A DNA stretch of 64,000 bases from Octopus vulgaris. Taxonomy: Eukaryota. Position numbers and translations under genes: made by a program. Positions 38,401 to 50,034 of this stretch are shown here, in pieces. The stretch is from positions 24,366,001 to 24,430,000 of the forward strand of contig OX597829.1 in NCBI GenBank assembly GCA_951406725.2. The letters are read 5' to 3'. Every line of letters starts with the position of its first letter. Within the stretch, counting starts at the first letter, position 1. The notes under the pieces are model-generated. The model was given only the letters and a program-made list of their open reading frames with translations, did not search any database and was not told where the DNA came from.

Positions 38401-41400
38401 CCATTTTAATGCATCTTTTCGCTATTATATAGGGGAAGTAACTCTCTAAAAATGTCTATGGTGAGTCAACGATTTGAAAAAAAATTAAACCCCCCCCATT
38501 TTAAGTGCATTTTTTTGGCTATAACTCTAAAAAATGCTTATATAGTTATTTCCCTTAGAAACCCGAGCAACGCCGGGTGATACTGCTAGTTGCTTATAAA
38601 ATATTTTTCATTTTTAACCCCATATATAGTACGCACTAGGAATTTTGACCTTTAAATTTTGGGAAAAGAATGCGGATTATAGTTGAGGATTTACGGTAAT
38701 GGTATGAAAACAAAGATATTGTAACACAGCAATATTTTATACTAAAGAAAAAAAGAAAAGGTTTACCTTTGAAGCAGAAACTAAAACTCCACGAAGAGCG
38801 TTTAGATTAGTTAGAACCTCTCCTCTACTGCATTCGGATCCACCTTCCTGGAGATCAAACATTGGTATCGACGGACAAAATAGATCTGAGAAGTGATGAA
38901 GCAATACAAGTCTGTTTCGAAGAACAGGAATTTCAATGGACTGGAGGTGATTATATTCTAATGGTATGACTGAAGGCAACTTCCCAGCACTGATTGGTTT
39001 GTTGGTAGACCAAGCTAAACTGTGTGCAGACCCACATGCAACTCTGTTTATTTTTGTACCTGTAGTTGTAAAACAGTAGTTATCATTAAAACATAATGTA
39101 ACGATCCTTGAGCAAATATCAAACATTTTACGTTTACATATTACAAAAATTTAAAAAAGTATATATTACTAATACATATTAGAAGAATTAAAACAGTATA
39201 TATTATGGTAATGACATTTTGAAATATTTGTCCTACACCATATTAGTCCAATTATTGACAATGTATATGTAGTCTCTTCTTTTTAATGTAATTTTAAAAA
39301 TTTATATCCAGAAATTCAGAGAAACACCCTCTACACATTGTAAAGTGGTGTTAGGAAATGCATACAGATGTAGAAACCATGCTAAAGCTGACATTGAGGC
39401 CAGACGCAGCTCTATGGCTTGTACTTTTCCAAACCATTCAACAAATGCCAGCATGGAAAACAAATGCTAAATGATGATGACTCTTTGCAAAGAAAGCATT
39501 TTAATCCCATCACAACTCCTTAACCTTTTTGTTTTGAGATGCTCTGTGTTTCTTTTAATTAATTTTAAATATAACAAAGAAATTAGTAAAATAACTTTTT
39601 ATGTTCCTAACACTAAATGATAACTAAGGTTTGGTGGAAGATTTTAATTCAGAACTTTTGAAAACAAGACATTTGTACTACAGAGCCAGAGCCAGGTTGG
39701 TAACAAAAGGGTTAAAAAATTTTTCTTTTTAGAATTTACCTCATAATTGAGATTTGAATGTGACAAATTTTAATATGTACACTCTCATGTTCTAAAATAC
39801 AAGACTATTATTTACCTTAACTGAATAACTAATTTCTTTTTTTTCTATGTAATGAAAGAAAATTATATTAGATATTTACTTCAAGTGCTTTTATGGTGAC
39901 AGAAATTGGTTCTTAAAAAGCCCAATGTTTTTTAAAGTCTCAGACTCGACCCTTTAGGATTCAGCTTTGTCAAATGTAATGCTTATTTATTCTCAGTTTT
40001 GAATTAATCATGTATTAACTTATAGCTTCGAGATTTTGATGGCATGATTTTATTTTTATGATGACATTATTGTTGGGTAGATGTGGGAGGTCAGATCTGG
40101 ATGGTTTGAACATGAAACAGGGAGAATAATTGGTCTAGATATGACTGGTTTCAATGCTAAAGAATTAAAATTTTAATTCAATACATTTTGTACACTTGTA
40201 GAAATTGTATTTATATAAAAAAAAAAAAGAAAAAAAATTTACCCTGAAGTGCTGTAACAAGCCTGGGTCTTTGGATAGCATTTGTGGTGCCATCTCCTAA
40301 CTGACCTTCATCATTATCACCCCATGTATAGACCTCACCTGAAAATGAATAGAAAACATTTTCAAATTGATTAGTATTTAGAACATATAGGAAAAACTGC
40401 AAATGAGCTACAAACGGAGTAAACACAGAGAGAATGCAGACTCAGTAAATGGGTTACATGAGACTGCATCATACACATAAAGTTTATTTTGAAGTGAAAC
40501 TAACACAAAATCCTATCAATATTAAATAAACGGAATTGTTTGGCCTGAAGCATTTTACATTTTGATACTTATAAAATATAACACTGAGACCTCCAGATTA
40601 TAATAAGGCTTATTCAGAAAAAAAAACCCCAATTATTTTTGCAGCAAATTTATGATTTTGATGGCTAGACATGAGTATCCATAAAATTATGCACAGTATT
40701 ACAAAAATAACATGCAAAAAGTTACTGGTAAAGCATTGTAAAGTTTTCTAAGGGCATTCATGCGTTAAAAGTATTTTTCCTGCTTGAATCGTGACCAACC
40801 AGTGCAAAAAGGTTTCGGATGTTACAAGATAACTCCTATCTATCTGGTTTTTAAAGGGAAACCAGTTTTTTATTCGAAGACAGCTAAAATGATATATCCT
40901 ATAGGTATCAAATATTGTGAGGGAATTAGAACTGTTGACCATGAAATATTTTCATTTGATATTTAGTCATAAATTATTAACTTTTGTAAACACTTTTTGT
41001 TGAACAAAATGAATTAAAAGCTTATACACCTTACCAGTATCGGTGCAGGCAACACAATGTAGTGATCCGCAAGCAATATCAATCACTTTCTTGCCTTGTA
41101 AAGCTGATACACGTCTAGGTTTCCGTACATGATCATCAGTTCCATGTCCAAGTCTGTGATAATCACCTTTACCCCTAAACAATTGAATAAAAATTTTTTA
41201 CCAATTATGTGAAATAAACCACAAATCTTTTCACAAGCATACACACGTCTTTCTATCTTTCACATGTCTTCACAACAATATGCCCTTTCTACCAAAGTAG
41301 AACGTGGCAAAGATGACAATTTAACACATTGTTTTCATGACAATATTTGTAGATATGTTAATTGTTAACATTAAATTTATAGCTAAAACAGTAGAAAATC

Positions 41401-44400
41401 AGACAATGTTTTATAGTAAATTTTAACACTGCAAAAAGTTAAAATACTATAAGGGTTAATTTATTTCCTTTCATAAATCATCACAATAAAATACTGAGAA
41501 CTGAAACATCACATTTTCTTCATTAACCCTTTAGTGTTTAAACCAGCCATATCCGGCCAAAATATTCTACCTATTTTATGTTCAAACTAGTCAGATATGG
41601 TCATTCATAGCTACCTTATTGTGTCATTAAAAAAAAAAAAACAATCACATCATTGAAATCTCAAAGCCATGAAATGATGCAAAATTAATTTTACATGGTG
41701 TGAATACATAAGCTTTAAACCTTGTAGCTTACTCAGTTTAGGAATTACAACAGGAATTATGTGACACTAGGCAAGACAAGTCAATGATACAACAGTCACA
41801 ATACATCATTATCAAGATTCACGATTTTTCTTGGCAAAGACACAGCAGTGGTTTCCTGTTGCTCTCTACTGGTTATTTGCTCTCTCGAGCTTATCCATGA
41901 GGCACAGGATCTATTTAAAATTTAGGCAGAGACACTGATTCGTGTGACATCAGGACATGTCTACACATATAATATCTAAGAGCCAGCCACATAAATGCGG
42001 CCCTTAACCTTTTAGCGTTTAAACCGGCCATAAGTATTCTGCCTGTTTTATGTTCAAACTAACCAGATCTGGTCTCTCACACCAACCCTACAATATCGTT
42101 TTAAAAATTAACAGCTACCACATCAAAATCTCATAGCTACAAGATAATGCATGATTAGTTCAAAACAATGTGGATAAAAAAGGATTAATTTTGGTAGAAT
42201 AATGTGAACACTAAAGGGTTAATAAATACTACCATCCTGGGTCAGAGCAGACCTAGAAGTAGTGCTATGGGATAACTCTATATTCCCAAAAACTACCTAT
42301 CAAGAATCTCATTACCAGATGCAGTTTAATGTCATACCAGGAAAATTACAACCACTACCATTATATTAACATGGAAACACAAAGCTTCTATTCTGATATT
42401 TACCATGTGTATACAGCACCAGATTGTGTTAATGCAACAGAAAATTGGGAGCCACATTCAACTTTTATGACCCCGAGGCTCTGTAAAGATTCAATTTTTA
42501 TAGGTACCTTGCAGCCATCACTCCCTCCTCGACCTAAAAATCAAAACAAAAAAAATATATATTTAAGTTTTTTTTTTTTTATTTATACATTTATTGTCAA
42601 TATTATTTTTCTCCATTCAGAAAATATAGATATAAAAAAAGTCATCATGATATCCAGAAATATTTAAATTAAGTAACTGTTGAATTTATTATAAATACTG
42701 ATTTGACAGAAAAAGAGCAAGGAGCTAAAAATTTGACCCTTTTTGTGTCAAATGTTGATAATTCATTTTAACAGAAGCAAAAGCTAATAATTTCTAGAAG
42801 ACAACGTTGTTCAAATTCTCTGTCTTACATAGTATTTGGTGGAATCAACACCACAACCAAACATAGTAGAGTGCTGTCACTGCTTCTGATACCAAGTATA
42901 GGTATTATAGTTATAAACATAAAACTTCCATACTAAATTGTAAAAAACATCATTTCAAGTTTGTCTTCTATGCTGGCATGGGCTGGATGGTTTGATAAAA
43001 TCATACAAACCAGAGAACCACAACAGGCTCCAATATCTGCTTCAGCATAGTTTCTTTGGCTGGATGCCTGTCCTAATGCCAAACACTTCACGGAGCAACT
43101 AGGCACTAAGGTTGCCAAGTAACTTGCAAGACAATGGAAAAGATCCTTTGACTGAGTGAGGTTTATAGTAGAGAGGGAGATAGCCTCTAGCAAAGTTTTG
43201 AGAGGCTTAAGTTTGGAAGGGGAACAGGAGCTAGAAGGGGGACAGGAGCTGGAAAGGAGACAAAGATAGTGATGCAGTGTCAGATCATACTCTCAAGATA
43301 AAAGTAGAGGCGTACAAGAGAGAACACAATGAGGATGGGTTAGATAAGTTCATTAAAGTGTGAGAGGAGATTGACAGGTGGTTAGAGTTAGGGTGTAGAG
43401 ATAAATGTGTTAGTGGAACAAAAGTGGAAGTGTTGCAGAGAGAAAAAGAAATATCAGGACAAGGGAAGGAGGAAGATGAAAGAATAAAAGGGGCTCGAGA
43501 AGGAGACAGACAGCAGAAAATGGTTAGATGATGTACAGTGACAGAGATGTCAGAGGTAAACATAGAAGACAAACTTGAAATAATGTTTTTTACAATTTAG
43601 TACGGAAGTTTTATGTTTATAACTATAATACCTATACTTGGTATCAGAAGCAGTGACAGCACTGTACTATGTTTGGTTGTGGTGTTGATTCCACCAAATA
43701 CTATGTAAGACAGAGAATTTGAACAACGTTGTCTTCTAGAAATTATTAGCTTTTGCTTCTGTTAAAATGAATTATCAACATTTGACACAATAAGGGTCAA
43801 ATTTTTAGCTCATTGCTCTTTTTCTGTCAAATCAGTATTTATAATAAATTCAACAGTTACTTAATTTAAATAGTGAATGGGGGTGTTAAAGAAAGGGGAA
43901 AATAGTGATGGTAGATATGAGTGTGATGAGGATGACAGCAACCAGGAGAGAGGATGTTAAAAATGAAGCACAGAAAAAACTTACCAAGTTTACCATAGTC
44001 TCCGTCTCCCCAAGACCAAACACTATCATCATCAGTAATACACAATGTTTGTGCATCACCACTGCCACATGCAACATCTATCACACGATAATCTTTTAAT
44101 ACTTCAACCTGTAATAAAAATGTTTGCAGGTTATATAGCAAGCAGTAAAATATTTTTGATATAGGTATGTACATATAAGGGTATGCAGATATTTTGAAAA
44201 TACTTTAGACTGACGACCATGCCCAGCATAGTTATGGGTGGCTTTTTGGAAAGGCATAGCACCCCTTCAACCACTCTGCTAGGGATACAGCAAAGTCATG
44301 GGACTGCAGCATGGCAGATTGTGAAGAGGTAGTGGAAGAGCCCAACTGAACTAACAGTGCTTCTTACATTGATACTGAGCAGAGGACTCTTAGAAGAACA

Positions 44401-47400
44401 ACAGTTAGGATCACCAAGGTCTATCAGACAGTAACTGAAAGGCATCCAAGGTTGTGTAATCAGATAATGAAAGACTCATCATGGCTCAAGATCCTAATAG
44501 AGATACAATTGGTTGGTGACAAGAGTGTTACAAGAATCCGTACAAGCAGCATGACCAGATAATTATATACATATATCTTTAATCTTTCACTTGTTTCAGT
44601 CAATTAGAATGTAGCCATGCTAGGAAACTCTCTTGAAAAACCTTCAGTCAAATAAATCAATCTCGGTAATTTTTATTTTTTAAAGCCTGGTACTCATTTC
44701 ATTGATCTCGTTGCTGAAACGCTAAGTTACAAGCATGTAAACACACTGACACTGGTTGTCAAATGGTGGTGGGAGACAACAGACACACACATTCAACAGA
44801 TTTCTTTCAGTTTCTGTCTATCATGGCTTTGGATGGCCTGAGGTCATAATAGAAGACACTCGCTCATTCAGTGGGACTGAACCCAGAACCATGTAGTTGG
44901 AAAGCAAGCTTCTTTACCACATGATGTAACGATAACATAATATAAAATACACACACACACTGATACATCTGTTTATAGTAGAAAGCCATACCAGCTTTGG
45001 TTTGGTTTGATCATCACTATCGCCATGCCCTAATCTGCCATATCTGCCTTTGCCCCAGGTATACAGTTCTCCGCTAGCTGTGATGCAAGCACTGTGGGCC
45101 CCTCCTGCTGCTATATCAATAACTTCTTTTCCACGGAGAGCCTCTACCATTCTTGGACGATCACAAGGACTGAAAGAATAAAAATCATGCTTTTGAATAT
45201 TTTAATCATTAATTTAAAAACCTCTTTGACCAACATACATTAAAGCCTCAAGTACACAATATATTCAATAGCACAAAATATTTAAGTCTATGTGAAATAA
45301 TAAATTCTGGTTTCAAAAAGTTACTTTCAAAATTTCTATAAAAATTCTTTAAATTAAGGAGCTTTCAAATTAAGAAAAAAAAAAAAAAAAAAAAAAAAAA
45401 CTATCCAAAAGGAAAAGCCAAAATGCTGGAGATGTGAAAATATTTTGGAAAAATTTTGACCCCTGCCTGATCCTGTAAAAAAAAGAAAAAATGCCTAGAT
45501 CTGATACACAGAATTACTCAAATATTTTGAGATTGACATAAGAGTACTAAACCTTGTCCAAGATACTCACATTTTGATTCCATGACCCAATTTTCCATCT
45601 TCTCCTTCTCCCCATGTAAATACTTCTCCTTCAGCAGATAATGCCAAGCAATGTTTCCCACCAGAATTCACAGCAAGTTTCTTGATAAATGCATGTTGAA
45701 TGTACTCTAGAAGAGTTGGTGTAGCGACCGACTCTGTACCACCAGTACCCAGGCGACCGCCGGCACCATATCCAGTACCATAAACCTAAGAAGGGAACAG
45801 AGAACATTGGCTTAGACTCATAATTCAGGGAATAAATAATAGTTGGAAAATATAAGAAAATAAAAATAAAAAGGGAGAAGAGAAACTGTTTTGTAATACA
45901 ACCTTTCCATTAGCAGTAACAGCAAATAATGTTTGTTCTCCTCCAATGAGCTGTACCGGTCGCAAAGTTGCAAGTGTTTCACAACTGACAGGTAACTTCA
46001 CCTTGGGACCATCCACACCTCCTAGCTGGCCTCGGTGATTATGGCCCCACCCCAAAATTTGTCCACTACCACCCCATGACAGTGTCCAATCATCTGGTCG
46101 TCTGTAGAAATATAAATTCATTAGAAAAAGAATTAGTGCTAAACACTCTTCCAGTAAATGAATAGCAGACAATTTTTGCAGTAAACTGCCAAAGATTATC
46201 ATCATTTTGGAGACAGAAATATTACTAATGCCAATGATACAATTGCAATCCCTGAATCATGGTATTTGCTTAGCATAGAAAATTAATTAACCCTAACCCA
46301 AGTAAAACCACCCAGTTTTGTTATACAGTTTCATTATTATCTGTCATATAAAACAAGAGTTGCAGTCACTCATGGAGATCATATAATGACTAGATACATA
46401 CATAGTGTATGTATGTATTGGAGCACTCAGTTGAGAGGGGGAAACCATGCCAAAGCAGACATAGAACCTATCAAAGTCTCCTGAGTCATCCGTTCTTGTC
46501 AAACCTTTCAACCTATGTCAGCATGGAAAAAAAGGACATTAAACAATGATATACACACACTTCTCATTTGTTTACATGTGAAATGGATAATAATATAGAA
46601 TGTACATGTATATTAATTCTCAAGAAATAAAAGCTATATTAACCCTTTTGTTACCAACCCGGCTGAAACCGGCCCTGGTTCTGTAGTACAAAAGTCTTGT
46701 TTTCAAAAATCCTAAATTAAAATCTTCCACCAAACTTTAGTCACAATTAATGTTGCTAACACTAGCTTAATAATAACTAAATTATTTTACTAAATTCTTC
46801 GTTATATTTGAAGTAATTGAAAGAAACACAGAGCATCTCAAAATAAATATGGTAACGAAAGGGTTAAACAAAAATCTAAAATTTTTTACTAGTTACAATC
46901 TCCACAGCTTAAGCATCTCTGCTCTTAACTGTAGGCACAGTCTGCACTTAGTTGGTTGAAGGCTATGCATTGTCTTTTTGCTTATTATATAACATGTAAG
47001 GTCAGGCATTGTCATTAGCATATGTAATAAATATATTTATGGAAAATCATTATCCCGAACAAAGAAAGAAATTTATTTTTCTCACTCCCTCCCCACAATT
47101 TATAATTTTAGTCTTGTCTTTAAAATGATATAAAAATGGTTATGTATTAATGACATCATTAAATGTATATGCGTGCATGTGTGTATACCAAGGTCCTCTA
47201 CAAATCATATGTAACCTTTATATCAACTTGAAGCTAACATTAAATGTTACATTAGTATCACAACATATATAATGATATTTGGATTTTTATGACCTGTTTT
47301 CATGCCACAAATTTTATGTTGTTTCAATTTTTCATAGTTAAATGTATACCAGAGTTAATATTTCAAATATACATAATAATAATAATAAGGTAATTGTGAA

Positions 47401-50034
47401 CTAATTCACACAATGAATGAATTCTTGTTACAATTTTAATGGAAATAATGTCTGAATAATAAATTCAAGACAGGTAAAATAGTAAGGAGTCAAACAATGG
47501 GATGTGGGAATAATGTATTTATCTTTTAATGTTCAGGAATTACCAATTCAATTTTTTTGTTGTTGTTCAATGAAGAGGGGATAGCATTGGTAAAAAAGAA
47601 AATATATATCTAAGATCACGACTTGAAGAGTACATAGTAGTAGTAAGTTACTGTTTTCTCTCAAATCATTGTTTTTCTTAATTCAATTATTTATAATACT
47701 CTATTGAAATTTTTTAAGCCCGATTCACTTATTTGACATTAAAAACTGTAAAGCTGGGACAGTATATTTGTAATTACATGAACCAAAATATGTTAATTAT
47801 TTTAGCATGGACATAATTGAAATAAAGTTAATTTACGTTAAGCTACGTAAATCAGTGAAGTAGAGATATCATAAAATATCAATTCTATTTCTATAATCTT
47901 GAAATCAACCAAAATGAAAAATAAAGCCTAGTTTACAGATATACATCAGGGTCTCAGATGCATATATAAAAAAATGGAAAACTTGATATCGGTTTGGTGA
48001 ACTAGTGCTGGCGTTGGATTTATAATATACAACAGCAATAACCGTAGCCAAGATATTTCTAGAAGTAAAATACATAAATACATATTTAAATCATAAAACA
48101 AGACATTTTGGTCACGGTGACCTAGATTTAATCGCCATTAAGAACAGTTCTGTTGCGGTTACCTCCCGTTAACTAGACATTTCACACAAAAACCGCCATT
48201 TACAATTTAAGCAGCCTAACCCACGTGCTTACTACAACACAATATACTGAAAGGCTATAAATAGGGACTGAGTGTCATTTTGAATGGTCAAAGATGCCAG
48301 ATGATTTAGCCGTTAAATTAAACATGCTTAGGTCATCAAGAATGCTAGATCTTTTCTAGATTTATCATATCTATATATATATAAACACATACACAATAGT
48401 ATTAGGAATACAAAAATTGTAATTTGGCAGCTGTCACATAGGTCACTCTAAATCAGGGCCGGCCAACCTGAGACCCGCGGGCCGCATGCAGCCCGTTTGA
48501 TACTTTTTTTAAATGGGAGACGTCTTTAAGTGTTTAATTTCAAAATAAAATTGTGTCAAACATTTGTTTCAAAATAAACTTAAAATTTATAAATAGCAAT
48601 AATAGCCTGCAATTTTATAATTCTAAACAAACGAAAATCTGAAAAATTCTTTATTCTACAATTTGATTATTTGACTGTTAGTGCATAAAGTATACAAATG
48701 ACCCTCAATATACTTTCTGTCATTAAAGAGGCCTGCGATTTGAGTTGGCCAGGCCTGCTCTAAATGGTTCACCTTTCCAGGAATCAGTTTTACACTTACA
48801 CAGACGTATTAAGTCACTAATATTAATTCGGTATTTTTTGGTTTACCATTTCAAACCAGTCCATTTTAGTTCCTAATTTTTTAAATAAGTAAAATATTTT
48901 ATATGCTGAACTAAAATAGTGAAATAGGATCCTCAGTTGGAAGGTAAAAAAAAAAATCTAGATTTGCTACACTTGGACAGTTCTCAGGAACTGATCACAC
49001 ACTTTAAAGTTAACATTTACTTGTAATATGGAATTAAAATATTGGTCACTTGACACACTGCTCTTAAGCAATGAAAATTTTGAAATGATATTGCAAATAA
49101 ATGTAAAAAAACCTGTAGAAAGAATGATTTTAAATCCTTATATTTGTATTTTCTCTTGTAATGGTTTCCAGTGATTGCAGCCACAAGTGTATGATTTTTC
49201 TTATTTGACTTAATACAACCGAATTTAGGTAAAAAGAAGAAATAAAAACATCTGAATCTTATGTCAGAATCAGCACTTGTTCATCTAACGTAATAGAAAT
49301 GGTAAGTTGGCATATTCTCAAGGTCACCAACATGTTTTCTCTACAGAATGTGAAATAATTTTTTAATAAATGCTAATGTCAAATTATCTTGTTTATGTGA
49401 ATGATATTAAAATTTTTCAGAAACACATTTTCAGAGGGGAAATTTCAAATTATGGTCTCATGAAATATTCCTCTGAATGTTTACATATGTGTTCTTTAAA
49501 CAAGTGCTGACCTTCCTGGCCCATGCTAGTAAAATGAAAGCAGATGTGATGTTTATTGGGCAGAAGATTCACAAGACTTCTTCAGCCTACTCTCCTACAA
49601 ATGTATTTTATAACATGAATTTCTTATTTTAGATATAATTTTCTCAGAAGGAAAATAGACAAGCCAGGTGAAAATAAAATGTGTAAATTAAAATTTTTAA
49701 ATTTGATTAAAGAAATTCTAGCAGCAAGAAATATATTGTTTAAAGTAAAAGTGTTATTCTACCTATTCAACCAAAGCAGTAGCTGTTCATCATGTTCTTG
49801 TTTAAAAATCTCGTGATTTTCATGGTCTCTGGTCACAACTTCTCCTTCAGCAGAGATGTCTTCAATTTTCTTCATTACATCCTCAGTAAATGAGGGCGGC
49901 AAAACACTTCTGTTCACGATTGCAGTCGAAACTCTTGCTGCCGCACAATAGCGGCGAAACCATGCCCATTTGTGTGCTTCAACACAACACTGAAGAGAAT
50001 CCAGACCAAGATCACAAGCCAAAGCCACCAAAAC
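22304..50034 (-). CDS. HERC2: HERC2 E3 ubiquitin ligase, 3' portion (RLD3 RCC1-like repeats + HECT domain), 17 exons, 5' part outside window
   Basis: Spliced translation closely follows the vertebrate HERC2 C-terminus as I recall it ([84 protein letters not shown]). All introns are GT-AG and the phases are consistent; exon lengths sum to 2949 nt. Confidence 0.97.
23179..23391 (-). CDS. HERC2: HERC2 exon (VCGSPDIP...GRDFVLQ)
   Basis: aaatag acceptor, GTAATT donor, 213 nt; HECT C-lobe. Confidence 0.95.
23501..23660. repeat. ~64-bp imperfect tandem repeat, about 2.5 copies
   Basis: aatcaacatcaatat..aacattaat..cagaaa.taacaatga..taac.ggtatttaa repeated. Confidence 0.7.
24779..24835. repeat. Perfect palindrome, 27-bp arms with a 3-nt centre
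   Basis: ctactttcatggaattatagcaagaat-taa-attcttgctataattccatgaaagtag. Confidence 0.95.
26747..27101. mobile_element. mariner-type MITE with an inserted RTE tail
   Basis: TIRs gggggtgctgaaaagttcctg / caggaacgtttcagcacacctc. Confidence 0.6.
27695..27777. ncRNA. Candidate pre-miRNA hairpin, copy 1 (HERC2 intron)
   Basis: ~30-bp imperfect stem; arms conserved with the copy at 28969-29051 while loop and flanks are not. Confidence 0.6.
28969..29051. ncRNA. Candidate pre-miRNA hairpin, copy 2 (HERC2 intron)
   Basis: Paralog of 27695-27777; imperfect long stem with a different loop. Confidence 0.6.
30699..30993. repeat. Local tandem duplication of ~140-150 bp
   Basis: aaggcagcacatgtt...ttttagaggtaacaaattttaagttggta occurs twice. 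Confidence 0.85.
32904..33009 (-). CDS. HERC2: HERC2 exon (RLHEFDDQ...ELETM)
   Basis: aaacag acceptor, GTAAGT donor, 106 nt. Confidence 0.95.
33382..33598. mobile_element. piggyBac-type MITE family A (others ~22809-23008, 39950-40165, 41527-41715, 42008-42218, 59232-59905 interrupted)
   Basis: TTAA|CCCTTTA(G/A)CATT ... AATGCTAAAGGG|TTAA, with a shared internal sequence. Confidence 0.85.
33646..33805 (-). CDS. HERC2: HERC2 exon (GLMCIKEM...[11 protein letters not shown]...AMNY)
   Basis: Translated manually; ttatag acceptor, GTAATG donor, 160 nt. Confidence 0.93.
33923..34057 (-). CDS. HERC2: HERC2 exon ([14 protein letters not shown]...DKDFVP)
   Basis: ttcaag acceptor, GTATGT donor, 135 nt. 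Confidence 0.94.
35234..35658 (-). mobile_element. SINE family 1, minus copies (also 17220-17596, 30121-30528; degenerate ~34845-35210, 44581-44920)
   Basis: Reverse complement of 2504-2938. Confidence 0.9.
36131..36325 (-). CDS. HERC2: HERC2 exon ([10 protein letters not shown]...MFRYL)
   Basis: tttcag acceptor, GTAACC donor, 195 nt; HECT N-lobe. Confidence 0.95.
36522..36735. mobile_element. piggyBac-type MITE family B (others 39524-39711, 46643-46863, partials ~24120-24305, 27153-27350)
   Basis: TTAA|CC(C/T)TTTCGTTAC ... GTAACGAAAGGG|TTAA. Confidence 0.85.
37063..37204 (-). CDS. HERC2: HERC2 exon ([15 protein letters not shown]...RVWKVKFV)
   Basis: Translated manually; ttatag acceptor, GTAAGA donor, 142 nt; HECT start. 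Confidence 0.94.
37517..37600 (-). CDS. HERC2: HERC2 exon ([28 protein letters not shown])
   Basis: Translated manually; ctgtag acceptor, GTAAGT donor, 84 nt. Confidence 0.94.
37897..38696. mobile_element. Same MITE family, carrying the Helitron insertion
   Basis: tcgtaaatcctcgagtata ... tatagttgaggatttacgg, TA flanks. Confidence 0.82.
38211..38589 (+). mobile_element. Non-autonomous Helitron nested in a MITE
   Basis: TC...cccgagcaacgccggg..CTAG inserted at ggaca|ttgctt with no TSD; the empty site is visible in the MITE copy at 9586-10102. Confidence 0.9.
38767..39059 (-). CDS. HERC2: HERC2 exon ([13 protein letters not shown]...VSASK)
   Basis: ctacag acceptor, GTAAAC donor, 293 nt. Confidence 0.95.
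40243..40338 (-). CDS. HERC2: HERC2 exon ([15 protein letters not shown]...TALQ)
   Basis: tttcag acceptor, GTAAAT donor, 96 nt. Confidence 0.95.
41035..41174 (-). CDS. HERC2: HERC2 exon ([12 protein letters not shown]...CTDT)
   Basis: gtttag acceptor, GTAAGG donor, 140 nt. Confidence 0.95.
42404..42533 (-). CDS. HERC2: HERC2 exon ([11 protein letters not shown]...SGAVYT)
   Basis: Translated manually; ttttag acceptor, GTAAAT donor, 130 nt. Confidence 0.94.
42661..43872. repeat. 312-bp near-perfect inverted repeat (42661-42972 / 43561-43872), 588-bp spacer
   Basis: Direct reverse-complement comparison by eye: 5 mismatches, no indels. Confidence 0.95.
43985..44108 (-). CDS. HERC2: HERC2 exon (VEVLKDYRV...GDGDYGKL)
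   Basis: ttacag acceptor, GTAAGT donor, 124 nt. Confidence 0.95.
44992..45169 (-). CDS. HERC2: HERC2 exon ([11 protein letters not shown]...DQTKPKL)
   Basis: tttcag acceptor, GTATGG donor, 178 nt; RCC1 repeat. Confidence 0.95.
45571..45785 (-). CDS. HERC2: HERC2 exon ([13 protein letters not shown]...[11 protein letters not shown])
   Basis: Translated manually (absent from ORF track); cttag acceptor, GTGAGT donor, 215 nt. Confidence 0.93.
45903..46101 (-). CDS. HERC2: HERC2 exon (RPDDWTLS...AVTANGK)
   Basis: ctacag acceptor, GTTGTA donor, 199 nt; start of RCC1 repeats. Confidence 0.95.
48454..48757. mobile_element. hAT-type MITE with perfect 8-bp TSD
   Basis: TIRs cagggccggccaac / gttggccaggcctg; ctctaaat at 48446-48453 and 48758-48765. 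Confidence 0.88.
49763..50034 (-). CDS. HERC2: HERC2 exon ([12 protein letters not shown]...LLLWLNR)
   Basis: ttgcag acceptor, GTAGAA donor, 272 nt. Confidence 0.95.
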
